49,037 bases of DNA from Christensenellales bacterium (GCA_050309705.1 JBNRMR010000107.1:1-49037), one strand, 5' to 3'. Counted from the stretch's first letter, positions 35,333 to 44,520 are shown. Numbers and translations: made by a program. The notes: a model not told the origin generated them from the letters alone.

Positions 35333-36997
35333 TTAGCGGCTGATATAGCGGTCGTATGCGGCCTGATAAATATCAATGGCGCGCTCCAGCTTGAATGTCT
35401 TAAGCTGCTGAATGTAGGCGTCAAACTCGCTCAGGGGGGTGATGCCTGCAATGAACTTGGCCTCCATCTCCTCGGTATAGGTCTTGACATTGTTGATGAT
35501 CTGGGCGATCTCTTCGCTTTCCTCGGTGACGGGGGTCACGGGGGGCATCTTGTAAAGGCCCATATCGGTCATGGTCCAATATGTCATGGCTTCGCGCTGC
35601 TCATCAAGCTGGTAATACTGCATAAGCTCTCGGGCATCCTGCACGAAGGGTCCGGAAAGGTGTGCGCGGATGTAGACGCTCATCATGGCGGTGATGGATT
35701 TGCCATCGGGGTTGTTCAGTATCAGATCGGTGAAAATCGGCTCGCCGTTCACCATGTCATAGCTCTCGCCCTCAAGGCCGAAGTTCGACAGCAGGTGGCC
35801 GTCTTCGCCATAGCTATAGTCCAAAAGGTGGGCTGCGGCTTCAACATTTTTGCAGGAGGTGGTTATCGCTGCGCCGCTGCCGTCCAAAAGGGCGTTCATC
35901 TGGGAGAACTTGGAGTTTCTGCTCTTGTCGGGAGTCATGGGAGGAGCGGAAGAGAAGCCGGCGTTGGCGTCTATTTCCTCAAAGGCGGGAATCCACTGGC
36001 CGATTCCGGAACCGCCGGGAGCCCAGGTCACCGCGGATTCGGAGTTCAATATTTTAGACGCCTGGGTGTTTCTGTCCACCACCAGGTAATCGCTGTCCAA
36101 AAGCTCCTCGGCGTACCACCTTGCGGCCTCCGTCAGGAAGGCCCTGCGGTTTTCAGCGTCCAGCAGGCCATGTTTTACAGTGCCGTCTTCGACGTAAAAA
36201 TCGTGCCAGCAGTCAAAACCGGGCTGAAGAACGCGGCTTAAGTGGTCAAGACCGCGAACGGTGATGGGGATCGGCACGTTCAGCTCTGTCTTAAATGCGG
36301 TAAGGACATCGTACCACTCTTCGGGGGTCCGGGGGATCTCTTTGCCGACTGCTTCAAGGTAATCTGTGCGGATGACAAAGCCCTCTGAGAATAGCAGCGG
36401 GTTATCCTGCATGGATGTGCCGCGCAGGAAGGGGTAGACATAGTACTGGCCCTCGTCGGTGCGCAGCATCTTGTTGATGTCGGGGTTTTCACTGAGGAAC
36501 TGCTTCATGTTGGGGCTGTTCTGCTCAAAGACATCGTTAAGAGCGAGTATGACATTGTTGTTTATGGCCGCTGCAGGGCCTCCGGGGTAGTTGGCTGCCC
36601 AGGTATACTCTATGATATCCGGGTAATCGCCCGAAGCGATCAATATATTGAAGGCTTCTTTTGCCTGCCCAGCGGCGGGATGCTGGTATTTAATGGTGAT
36701 GCCGGTGCGCTCCTGAAGCTGCTTGGCATATTCGGTCTGGCCCATCTCCTGGACTACCTGGGCGGTGGTTGCGTTCAGCTCCATCCAATAGGTAAGCTCC
36801 ACGCCCTCAAAGCTGGGGGTTTCGGGGGCTGCGGGCTCCTGGCTGGCGGCGGGGGTTGCTGCCGGGCTCGCTGCGTTGGTGGCAGCGCTAGTCGGTGCAG
36901 CGCTGGGGGACGAGGTGGGCGCGGCTGTCTGGCAGGCCGTGATGGCCAGCAAAAGCAGGCAGATGAGCGCCAGGGCCAGTATGCGTTGCATTTTCAT
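35333..36997 (-). CDS. Extracellular solute-binding lipoprotein of a carbohydrate ABC transporter (large LplA-type)
   Basis: Lipoprotein signal MKMQRILALALICLLLLAITAC. Ala/Pro/Ser linker. 554 aa. Adjacent to two CUT1-type permeases. Confidence 0.85.
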   Translation of the reverse strand: MKMQRILALALICLLLLAITACQTAAPTSSPSAAPTSAATNAASPAATPAASQEPAAPETPSFEGVELTYWMELNATTAQVVQEMGQTEYAKQLQERTGITIKYQHPAAGQAKEAFNILIASGDYPDIIEYTWAANYPGGPAAAINNNVILALNDVFEQNSPNMKQFLSENPDINKMLRTDEGQYYVYPFLRGTSMQDNPLLFSEGFVIRTDYLEAVGKEIPRTPEEWYDVLTAFKTELNVPIPITVRGLDHLSRVLQPGFDCWHDFYVEDGTVKHGLLDAENRRAFLTEAARWYAEELLDSDYLVVDRNTQASKILNSESAVTWAPGGSGIGQWIPAFEEIDANAGFSSAPPMTPDKSRNSKFSQMNALLDGSGAAITTSCKNVEAAAHLLDYSYGEDGHLLSNFGLEGESYDMVNGEPIFTDLILNNPDGKSITAMMSVYIRAHLSGPFVQDARELMQYYQLDEQREAMTYWTMTDMGLYKMPPVTPVTEESEEIAQIINNVKTYTEEMEAKFIAGITPLSEFDAYIQQLKTFKLERAIDIYQAAYDRYISR

Positions 36998-37094
36998 TTT
37001 TAGACACTCCTTTTTATATGAGGCTTCTTCGAGCTAAAACTTCAGCAAATTCGGCTGCGCTTTTGCGCGAAGCTGCCACGTTTCTCATTTGCTT

Positions 37095-38330
37095 TTATAT
37101 TCCACTTGTTCTTAAGGCCTTTGAAAGGATATCGTTTGACGGAACCTTGAGTGCGTCCGTGGGGCAAACGGCATAGCAATAGCCGCAGCCGATGCAGTTT
37201 TCAGTCTTTATCGCTTTCTTATCAACCATCTTTATTGCATCATGCCAGCAGACATCATAGCAGCGCTCACAGCCGATGCAGTGCTCGGCGACGACGGCGC
37301 TTTCGCGGTATGCGTCTCCAAGAGCCTGAGTGCGCTTTTTTGCCACGTCAGCGGGCATGTTAAAGAGCTTCAGGGCGTCGCCTACAAGGCTATCCATGTC
37401 GCTGTAGCCGTTTTGATCCATCCAGCGCTCCATGCCTGATATGAGCTTGGCGCAAGCAGAAACCCCGCCCGAGCAGGCCAGCGCCCCAAGCTGCAGCATT
37501 TCGCTGCCGGAAAGGAGGATCTTCAGCGCCTGCTCATAGGAGAAAACGCCTCCCCCTGCAAACATGGGTATGGTGATATCCTGGCTCCTGGCCTCGGCGA
37601 TAGTGTGGCAGATGATGGGGTTTGCCTGGGTGCCGCCATAGCCGCCGCCTGGACGCGCCAGAGTTCCCCTCCAATCAAGGTCGAAGCAGAAAGCCTTCCA
37701 GCGGGCCGTGGGGCCGACGGCATCCGCCCCCGCTGCCTGGGCAAGGCGCATGGCCTTAAGGGTATCGCAGTTTTCCACTGCCAGCTTCACCATCACCGGA
37801 ACTTCACCGGCGACCTTTTTAATCATGGAGGTGCAGTTTGAAACAAGCTGGTAATAATCGAAAATGCGGTTTTTTGCGGTGGCCACACCCGGCGTGTTAA
37901 AGTGCAGCTCTATGGCATCCGCTCCGGCGTTTATCAGCTCGCGGGCCTGTCGCAGCCAGTCCTTCTCCCAGTCGCCGCCACGGACGATGTCGCTGTAATG
38001 GCCCACGGAGACCCACAGCTTAATATCGCTGTCCATCTCCTTTTTAATTTTCAGCACTTCTTCGCAGTACTGCTCCAGTGTGGTGACAGGGTCCTTAATT
38101 TGGGTGCCTATGGCATGGCTGTGGACGGCGTGCTTGCCGGAGTAAAGTGCGCTTGAGTCCGGGCCAATGTAGCTGCCGCCGCCTGCACCGTGGCCGAAGT
38201 TTCTCAAAACGATGGCGCCTGGGCGGCTCTTGGCACTTTTGAGCACATTGCGCGCCCCTTGCGTCGCCGGGCTGGAGGCGATCACCACAGGGTTTATCAT
38301 ACCAAACTTCTTTACGGAAAGATCCGCCAT
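37095..38330 (-). CDS. Dihydroorotate/dihydropyrimidine dehydrogenase-family (PreA-like) FMN TIM-barrel protein with a C-terminal 2x[4Fe-4S] ferredoxin domain
   Basis: Barrel motifs are NPVVIASSP, VMVKLAVEN and FAGGGVFSYEQALKILLSGSEMLQLG. Cluster motifs are CIGCERCYDVC and CIGCGYCYAVCP. 411 aa. AGGAGG RBS. Confidence 0.75.
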   Translation of the reverse strand: MADLSVKKFGMINPVVIASSPATQGARNVLKSAKSRPGAIVLRNFGHGAGGGSYIGPDSSALYSGKHAVHSHAIGTQIKDPVTTLEQYCEEVLKIKKEMDSDIKLWVSVGHYSDIVRGGDWEKDWLRQARELINAGADAIELHFNTPGVATAKNRIFDYYQLVSNCTSMIKKVAGEVPVMVKLAVENCDTLKAMRLAQAAGADAVGPTARWKAFCFDLDWRGTLARPGGGYGGTQANPIICHTIAEARSQDITIPMFAGGGVFSYEQALKILLSGSEMLQLGALACSGGVSACAKLISGMERWMDQNGYSDMDSLVGDALKLFNMPADVAKKRTQALGDAYRESAVVAEHCIGCERCYDVCWHDAIKMVDKKAIKTENCIGCGYCYAVCPTDALKVPSNDILSKALRTSGI

Positions 38331-38366
38331 AAAAATTCCTCCTTTTCTTTAATTCAGATCATTTAT

Positions 38367-39248
38367 TTAACCCTTAACCGCGCCGATCATGACGCCTTTA
38401 ACGAAATAGCGCTGGAGAAAGGGGTATACGCATAATATCGGAATGGTAACCACCACAATGGTGGCGTATTTTATGGTTTCGCCGATCATCGCCAGGTCCT
38501 CGCCGCTGCCGGCGGTCATCATGGATGTATCGTTTTGAACGAGTATCTCCTTTAAGATGAGCTGGAGGGGGAACTTTGTCTTGTCACGCAGGAATAGCAT
38601 GGCGTTAAACCAGGCGTTCCAGTGGCTGACGGCGTAGTTCAGCGTGATGACTGCCAGTGTCGCTTTTGCCAGGGGCACCATTATCGAAAAGAGTATGCGG
38701 GTGTGGCTTGCACCGTCAATCTTGGCGGATTCCTCCATGCTGCTGGGAATGACGGCCATGGCGGTTCGCATTATTATAAGATTATAGGTGCTGACCGCCG
38801 AGGGAATTATCAGCGCCCAAAGGGAGCCGTCCAGGCCCACAGCGCGAACAGTCAGATAAAAGGGAATCATCCCGCCGGAAAAGTACATCGTAAACACTAT
38901 AAAGAGAGTCATTGTGGTGTTCCACATCACATTCTTGCGGGAAAGGACATAGGCTGCCACCACTGTTAGCAAAAGGTTCAAAGCAGTCCCCACGATGACT
39001 ATGAACAATGTGTTCATGTAGCCGGAAAGTATGTTGGGGTTTCGCGCCACGGCCTGATAGGAGCTTATATCAATTCCGCCCAGGGGGTAGAGCACCATGC
39101 CCTTGTGCTTCATCACCAGCATGGGATCGCTTAGGGAGGAAAATAATATGTTCAGCAGGGGAATCAAAATGATCATTATCATGGCGAGCATAAACAGTAT
39201 GTTTAAAAAGTCAAATATACGCTCGCTGACGGAGCTTCTTATCTTCAT
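38367..39248 (-). CDS. Carbohydrate ABC transporter permease (LplC/BPD_transp_1 type)
   Basis: 6-TM protein with the EAA-loop EESAKIDGASHTRILFSIMVP. Confidence 0.88.
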   Translation of the reverse strand: MKIRSSVSERIFDFLNILFMLAMIMIILIPLLNILFSSLSDPMLVMKHKGMVLYPLGGIDISSYQAVARNPNILSGYMNTLFIVIVGTALNLLLTVVAAYVLSRKNVMWNTTMTLFIVFTMYFSGGMIPFYLTVRAVGLDGSLWALIIPSAVSTYNLIIMRTAMAVIPSSMEESAKIDGASHTRILFSIMVPLAKATLAVITLNYAVSHWNAWFNAMLFLRDKTKFPLQLILKEILVQNDTSMMTAGSGEDLAMIGETIKYATIVVVTIPILCVYPFLQRYFVKGVMIGAVKG

Positions 39249-39316
39249 CGTTTCACTTCCTTAATAGTTAAGCTGGTTCCCGGCAGTTGTCACGCATTGA
39301 CGCAGAACCGGGGAAA

Positions 39317-40216
39317 TTACCACAGGCTGGTTTCGTTTGTGTGGCGGCTTATCCAGTTGGTGGTGAACACCAGCACAAAGCTGACCACCGAGTTGAACAG
39401 CCCAACTGCTGAACTGAAGCTCCAGTTCATCTCCAAAAGTCCCTTGCGGTAGACATAGGTTGAAATAACGTCCGCGGTCTCATATGTCAGCGGATTATAT
39501 AGCAGCATTATTTTCTCATGGCCGATATTGAACATTCTGCCGATTTGGAGAATCAGCATTATTACTATCGTGGGCATCAACCCCGGCAAAGTGATGTTCA
39601 AAAGCTGCCTAAATCTGCCTGCGCCGTCTATCCTGGCGGCTTCGTAAAGCTCCTGATCGATGGCGGTGAGGGCGGACAGGAAGATGATGGAGTTCCAGCC
39701 GATATTCTGCCACACGCCGGATATAACGAATATTGGCACGAAGAGCCTGGGATTGTTCAGCATGGCCGTGGAAGGCAGGCCAAACATATTGAAAAACTGC
39801 GTTATCACGCCATCCTTGCCGGTAAGCATTATTATCATGCCTGATATGATGACTGTTGATATGAAGTGAGGCATGTATGTGATGGTCTGTACTATCCGCG
39901 AAAAACGGCTGCTTTTAAGCTCGTTCAGCAAAAGCGCCAGAATTATGGGCATCGGAAATGCAAAAACTAGGTTGCTCCAGCTAATTATTATCGTGTTTTT
40001 CAAAACCCGCAAAAAATAATAGTCGCTGAAGAAGGCCCTGAAATGCCTCAGCCCCACCCAAGGGCTTTCAAAAAAGCCTTTCCCGGGCGTATAGTTCTTG
40101 AAGGCAATGGTCAAGCCAAACAATGGACCGTATTGAAAAATTATATAATATGCCAAAATGGGGAGCATGAGCAGGTAAAGCTCATGATTGCGCAGGAAAT
40201 CCCGCTTGGCGCGCAT
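39317..40216 (-). CDS. Carbohydrate ABC transporter permease (LplB type)
   Basis: MRAKRDFLRNHELYLLMLPILAYYIIFQYGPLFG is a typical LplB-type N-terminus. EAA-loop YEAARIDGAGRFRQLLNITLP. The 90-codon upstream extension in the track has no homology-like features. The start is uncertain because the RBS is weak. Confidence 0.82.
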   Translation of the reverse strand: MRAKRDFLRNHELYLLMLPILAYYIIFQYGPLFGLTIAFKNYTPGKGFFESPWVGLRHFRAFFSDYYFLRVLKNTIIISWSNLVFAFPMPIILALLLNELKSSRFSRIVQTITYMPHFISTVIISGMIIMLTGKDGVITQFFNMFGLPSTAMLNNPRLFVPIFVISGVWQNIGWNSIIFLSALTAIDQELYEAARIDGAGRFRQLLNITLPGLMPTIVIMLILQIGRMFNIGHEKIMLLYNPLTYETADVISTYVYRKGLLEMNWSFSSAVGLFNSVVSFVLVFTTNWISRHTNETSLW

Positions 40217-40520
40217 GGCGAAGGATTCTTTAGCGGCTGGCTTGCCCCCGGGCAAGACAATGCCGCGCTCCGCTTGCCCCGGTGCGCCGAAGCTCTTTTC
40301 TGTCAGATGAAACACCTCTTTCTTTGCGTTCCTTGTACGTTTGTTTACGCACCGCGATCTGGAGAAGGCAAATCGCAGGCTATTCTTTTGTGCAAAACAT
40401 AATTTAAAGATAGCACGCCGAAGGGCGGCTGTAAATTGACAGTTTTTTAGCGTGTGACAATTGTTAACTGAATGCGGCTTTTGCAATGGACATTTCTTTC
40501 AGGCGGTGTCACAAATTTAC

Positions 40521-40550
40521 AAAAAAGAAAATGCCCTGCACAGAGGGCAA
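40521..40550 (-). terminator. Rho-independent terminator after the MATE gene
   Basis: The minus strand reads TGCCCTctgtgcAGGGCA followed by TTTTCTTTTTT. Confidence 0.55.
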
Positions 40551-40588
40551 GATCGTCCGTTTTTATCGGTGGTTGCGGCGGCAAAAAG

Positions 40589-42001
40589 CTACGCCCCCAT
40601 GTCCAGCGTCACATTGCGTATCCAGTTTTTTCCAGTGAAGCGCTTCATGCCAATCAGCATCTTCAGCAAATCCCCCAGCGATATCCAGATATAAACGAGG
40701 GTCATATCCGACTTGAACACCAGCGCGGCGATGTAGGCCGCAGGCAATGAAACAAGATATAGAGCAAGAACGTCGATCAGCATAACGGTTTTTACGTCAC
40801 CGCCTCCCCTTAATATGCCCACAAGGTTCGTTGCGTTGAAGCATTTGAACAGATACACCACCGACATTGTGTACATCATGCTGACTGTGATTCTCTGAGC
40901 GTTGGGGGAAAGCTCAAATATTTTAAACAAAAAACTTTCAGCGCCGAAAAAGGCCAGGGACGCCAGCATGATCGACGCGAAGGCGCTGGTCGCGAAGGCC
41001 AGGGCATGAAGCCATTTGCCCGTTTCATAAAGCTCCTTCTTGCTTGCGCCCATTCCTGACTGGTTGCCGATGATTATCGCCGCAGCGTTGGCGATGGCGT
41101 ATATCCCTACGGTGAGTATCTTGTCCAGGTTGCCGGTGACGGAATATGCGGCCACATTGTCCGAGGCGGTGATCATATGGCCGTAAATTATCGGGTAAAG
41201 GGACATGCCCAAGCCCCAAAGCGTCTCGTTCAATATGACGGGCGCGGCGTATTCAAGAAACTGCTTCGCAGCCTTTTTGCCCGGGATAAAGAATGCTCTA
41301 AGGTCAATTGGAATGCGCTTTTTTTCAAGGATAACATAAATGGCCGTCATGACCATCTCCAGGATTCGCGCCAGCAAAGTCGCCAGGGCCGACCCCTCCA
41401 CACCCATGGCCGGAAGGCCCAGCTTTCCGTATATGAAAACCCAGTTCAAAAACACATTGACTCCCATTGATATGCTCAGCACAATCATGCCGAAACGGGG
41501 GTTTTCAGCGCTTCTTTGCGCACCCACCTGCACCATGGTCAGGCTGTTGAAGAAGTATGAGAAGGCAACGATTCTGCCATATCGGGCCGCCACATCCACC
41601 AAAGCCGGGTTGTCCGATGTGATTCCCATTATCTGGTGGGGAAAAAGCGTGACGGAAAGGGCGAACACGAATGTGATGGCGCCGGCAAAGAGGGAGCTTA
41701 GGCCCATTATTCGGTTTATCATTGCGGTGTCGCGCCTGCCCCAGTATTGGGCCATCAGCACAGAGCCCCCGGACTGGATGCCAAAGACAAAAAGGGTTGA
41801 GACAAAAAACAGTGAGTTGGCAAGGGTGAGGCCCGAAAGCTCTGTCTGGCCGAGGGAGCCGACCATAGCCGTGCCCACCATTGTCATTGAGGAGCTGATC
41901 AGGTTTTGAAGCAAAATCGGCAGGGCAAGGGAAAAAACTCGCTTATAAGAAGCGGAGTCCTTTTTATAGACTCCCAAAGCGCTAGCGATTAACTTTTGCA
42001 T
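40589..42001 (-). CDS. MATE family efflux transporter
   Basis: 12-TM protein. N-terminus SLALPILLQNLISSSMTMVGTAMVG is typical of MatE. ATG at 42001 has a GGAGGA RBS. The track start at 42031 has none. Confidence 0.88.
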   Translation of the reverse strand: MQKLIASALGVYKKDSASYKRVFSLALPILLQNLISSSMTMVGTAMVGSLGQTELSGLTLANSLFFVSTLFVFGIQSGGSVLMAQYWGRRDTAMINRIMGLSSLFAGAITFVFALSVTLFPHQIMGITSDNPALVDVAARYGRIVAFSYFFNSLTMVQVGAQRSAENPRFGMIVLSISMGVNVFLNWVFIYGKLGLPAMGVEGSALATLLARILEMVMTAIYVILEKKRIPIDLRAFFIPGKKAAKQFLEYAAPVILNETLWGLGMSLYPIIYGHMITASDNVAAYSVTGNLDKILTVGIYAIANAAAIIIGNQSGMGASKKELYETGKWLHALAFATSAFASIMLASLAFFGAESFLFKIFELSPNAQRITVSMMYTMSVVYLFKCFNATNLVGILRGGGDVKTVMLIDVLALYLVSLPAAYIAALVFKSDMTLVYIWISLGDLLKMLIGMKRFTGKNWIRNVTLDMGA

Positions 42002-42069
42002 GTGCTTCCTCCGGGCGAGAATAGCGCCCATTCAATTAAAATAACTATATAAAGCTAGGCGGTGGAAAA

Positions 42070-43362
42070 CTACAGGAGGCTTCGCGCGGGGGGATTGTCT
42101 CGCCTTTGAGCGCAAAGTTTTTTGAGGCCTTCTTGGGAGACGAATATTCCACGGCCGTGCAGGAGATGCCCTGGTTCCCGAAGTCGGATGAGCATGCCTC
42201 CCTGGGGAGCCAGCTTTGTGGCGTAGTCATCGCCCACCACAGCCATGGCGGATTGAAGGGAGGGCGCCAGCAGGCACACCCTGGAGGGTATCCTCTGGGA
42301 AAGCGCATCCAAAAGAGAAGCGGAGCAAGGCAGAGGAACGGTCATGACCACATGCACGCCAACCTTTGCCCCCCTTTCCAGCAGGCTGAAGAGCCTTTCC
42401 TGGGGCAGAGAATCGCCGGTATCGCGCAGCATTCCGTTTAAGTCGTCGGCAAAAACGACAATTCTCGGCATGGGGGAGGAGGACTTTTCCCTTGCTCTTT
42501 CGTTGAACTGATCTATATGCTGAAGCTCCATGGCCGCAAGCTTCTTGTAACGCTCGTTCATCTCGATTTCAGCCAGGCCCAGCGCACCCGAGGCCGTGCG
42601 CGCGTCGTTTATGACGGGCATAAGCAGAAGATCAAGGCCCTTGTAGGCTAAAAGCTCGGTGCCGTTTAAGTCTATCATTATAAGCCTCAGCTCTTCTTTG
42701 ACCGCCCCTGCGATCATGGTTGAGACAATGCTGTGAAGCGCCATGGACTTGCCCGTGCCAAGGGCGCCTGCGATCATGATATGAGCGCATTTGCCTATGC
42801 TGGAGGATATTAGCTCTCCGCCGGCTCCGGTGGCAATGGCAAAACCGCCGGCAAGCTGGGCCTCGTCATCCTTTTCAAGCCGGGCAAGTGCACCGCCTAA
42901 GGACAAGGACGAAGGCTCTTTCAGCGGCGCGTCGATGCCCACAGTGCTTTTCCCGGGTAAGGGGAGCTGTATGAAAAGATTCTGAGCGCCAAGGGCCAGG
43001 GCGATATCGCTTTTAAAGTCAAGGACTTTGTCAGCGCGCTCGCCGATGTCAGGCAGCAGTTCGTACCTTGTGAAGGCGTTGCCTGCGCTGGCGGATTTCA
43101 CGCTCATGTTAAGGCCCAACCCTCGAAGCCTTTCTTCCAGAGCTTCTACGGTACGAGGCGCTTCGGTGGGAAGCTGGAAGTCTTCGCCGGGGAAGACAGC
43201 GTCGGCTTCACATTGCTGGTCAAGGCCCGCGTCTTCCTCAAGGGAAAGCCTTCCTCGCTTTTTTGCAGCCACACAAAGCAAGAGTGCGATTGTCAAAATC
43301 AGCACTATGGCCGTTGCCGTAATAAATATAAGTAAGGTTATATTCATACAAAATGCACCCAT
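42070..43362 (-). CDS. Short single-TM FtsK/SpoIIIE-domain protein (motor alpha/beta domains only, no gamma domain)
   Basis: FTRYELLPDIGERADKVLDFKSDIALALGA...LPGKSTVGIDAP matches the FtsK alpha-domain. Walker A IAGALGTGKS. Walker-B-like IVVFADDL. Start is either 43362 or 43347, and neither has a clear RBS. Confidence 0.7.
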   Translation of the reverse strand: MGAFCMNITLLIFITATAIVLILTIALLLCVAAKKRGRLSLEEDAGLDQQCEADAVFPGEDFQLPTEAPRTVEALEERLRGLGLNMSVKSASAGNAFTRYELLPDIGERADKVLDFKSDIALALGAQNLFIQLPLPGKSTVGIDAPLKEPSSLSLGGALARLEKDDEAQLAGGFAIATGAGGELISSSIGKCAHIMIAGALGTGKSMALHSIVSTMIAGAVKEELRLIMIDLNGTELLAYKGLDLLLMPVINDARTASGALGLAEIEMNERYKKLAAMELQHIDQFNERAREKSSSPMPRIVVFADDLNGMLRDTGDSLPQERLFSLLERGAKVGVHVVMTVPLPCSASLLDALSQRIPSRVCLLAPSLQSAMAVVGDDYATKLAPQGGMLIRLREPGHLLHGRGIFVSQEGLKKLCAQRRDNPPARSLL

Positions 43363-43478
43363 TTCGGTTTTTCATCATATACCATTTGTCGGCGGCGTAA
43401 GATGCCGCGCCCTCAGGCTCGCAATTTGATTTGCAAATAGCTAAACTCATTATATCACAGGAAAGTTCATATTAAAAC

Positions 43479-43508
43479 TTGATTTTGAACATAGGAATAT
43501 GATATAAT
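43479..43508 (+). promoter_or_regulatory. Sigma-70-type promoter candidate for the EamA gene
   Basis: TTGATT (43479-43484), an 18-nt spacer, then TATAAT (43503-43508). Confidence 0.4.
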
Positions 43509-43582
43509 TTTCAAGGCTTTTCATGGCTTAACCATTTGGTTGATATTTTGCCCCGACACATTTTGTTTTTATGAGGTCTCAT

Positions 43583-44491
43583 ATGTGGTTTGTTTTTTCT
43601 GTGATAACTTTTCTGATGTGGGGCGCGGCCGATCTTTTCTACAAGCGCGCCAGCAAGCCGGGCGACAGGTATTCCCATCTTAAAATAGTGGTGATGGTGG
43701 GCCTGGTGATGGGCCTGCATGCGTTCTTTTATATGCTGGTGGAAGAGCTTAGTTTCTCGCCCATGTCCATCGTGCGGTATCTGCCGGTTTCATCCATGTA
43801 TATACTTTCAATGGTCATAGGCTATTTTGGCCTCAGGTATATCCAGCTTTCAATATCGTCACCGGTGCAGAATTCTTCCGGGGCCATTGTGGCCATATTG
43901 CTGCTCATTTTCTTTCCCCGGCCGATAGGGGCGCTGGAAATTGCCGCGCTGGTGATGATCTGCGGCGGTGTTTTTGCCCTGTCGCTGTTAGAAAACCGCC
44001 AGGAGAACCCTGCAAGATATATCAAAGAGAACAAAATCGACAGCAAATACCGGACGGGAATGCTGGCCATTGCCTTCCCGATAATATACTGCCTTATCGA
44101 CGGCCTGGGCTCCTTCGCGGACGCGCTTTACTTGGATGAGTTGGCGCTGATGTCCGAATCGGAAGCGCTTTTGGCGTATGAGTTCACATTCTTCATTTGC
44201 GCGGCGGCCTCGTTCGTTTTCCTTCGATTTGTTAAGAAAGAAAAATTCAATATATTCAAAGAAAGAGACGGGGGAATAGCTGCTGTTTTTGAAACGGCCG
44301 GTCAATTCTTCTATGTGTTTGCACTGGCGGGAAACGCCCTTTTTGCTGCGCCGATAGTGGCCTCATACAGCATCGTGGCGGTTATACTTTCGCGGATATT
44401 CCTAAAGGAGAAGCTTTCCAGGCAGCAATATGTTGTGATCAGCGTTGTAATGCTGGGAATAGCCTTGCTGGGCTTCGCCGAGGGCGGTTAA
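43583..44491 (+). CDS. EamA/DMT family transporter
   Basis: 10-TM-like protein. MWFVFSVITFLMWGAADLFYKRAS is typical of EamA repeats. GAGG lies 6 nt upstream of the ATG at 43583. Confidence 0.8.
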   Translation: MWFVFSVITFLMWGAADLFYKRASKPGDRYSHLKIVVMVGLVMGLHAFFYMLVEELSFSPMSIVRYLPVSSMYILSMVIGYFGLRYIQLSISSPVQNSSGAIVAILLLIFFPRPIGALEIAALVMICGGVFALSLLENRQENPARYIKENKIDSKYRTGMLAIAFPIIYCLIDGLGSFADALYLDELALMSESEALLAYEFTFFICAAASFVFLRFVKKEKFNIFKERDGGIAAVFETAGQFFYVFALAGNALFAAPIVASYSIVAVILSRIFLKEKLSRQQYVVISVVMLGIALLGFAEGG

Positions 44492-44520
44492 GTTTTAGCT
44501 CCATAACTTTTGCCAAATCA

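Noticed and set aside
40217-40486. A 90-codon N-terminal extension of the LplB-type permease given in the ORF track.
   Set aside because: The extension is Arg/Lys/Cys-rich and has no TM. It contains promoter-like and hairpin elements, and LplB-type permeases typically begin near the MRAKRDFLRNHELYLL-type segment. The internal ATG has only a weak RBS, so some doubt remains.
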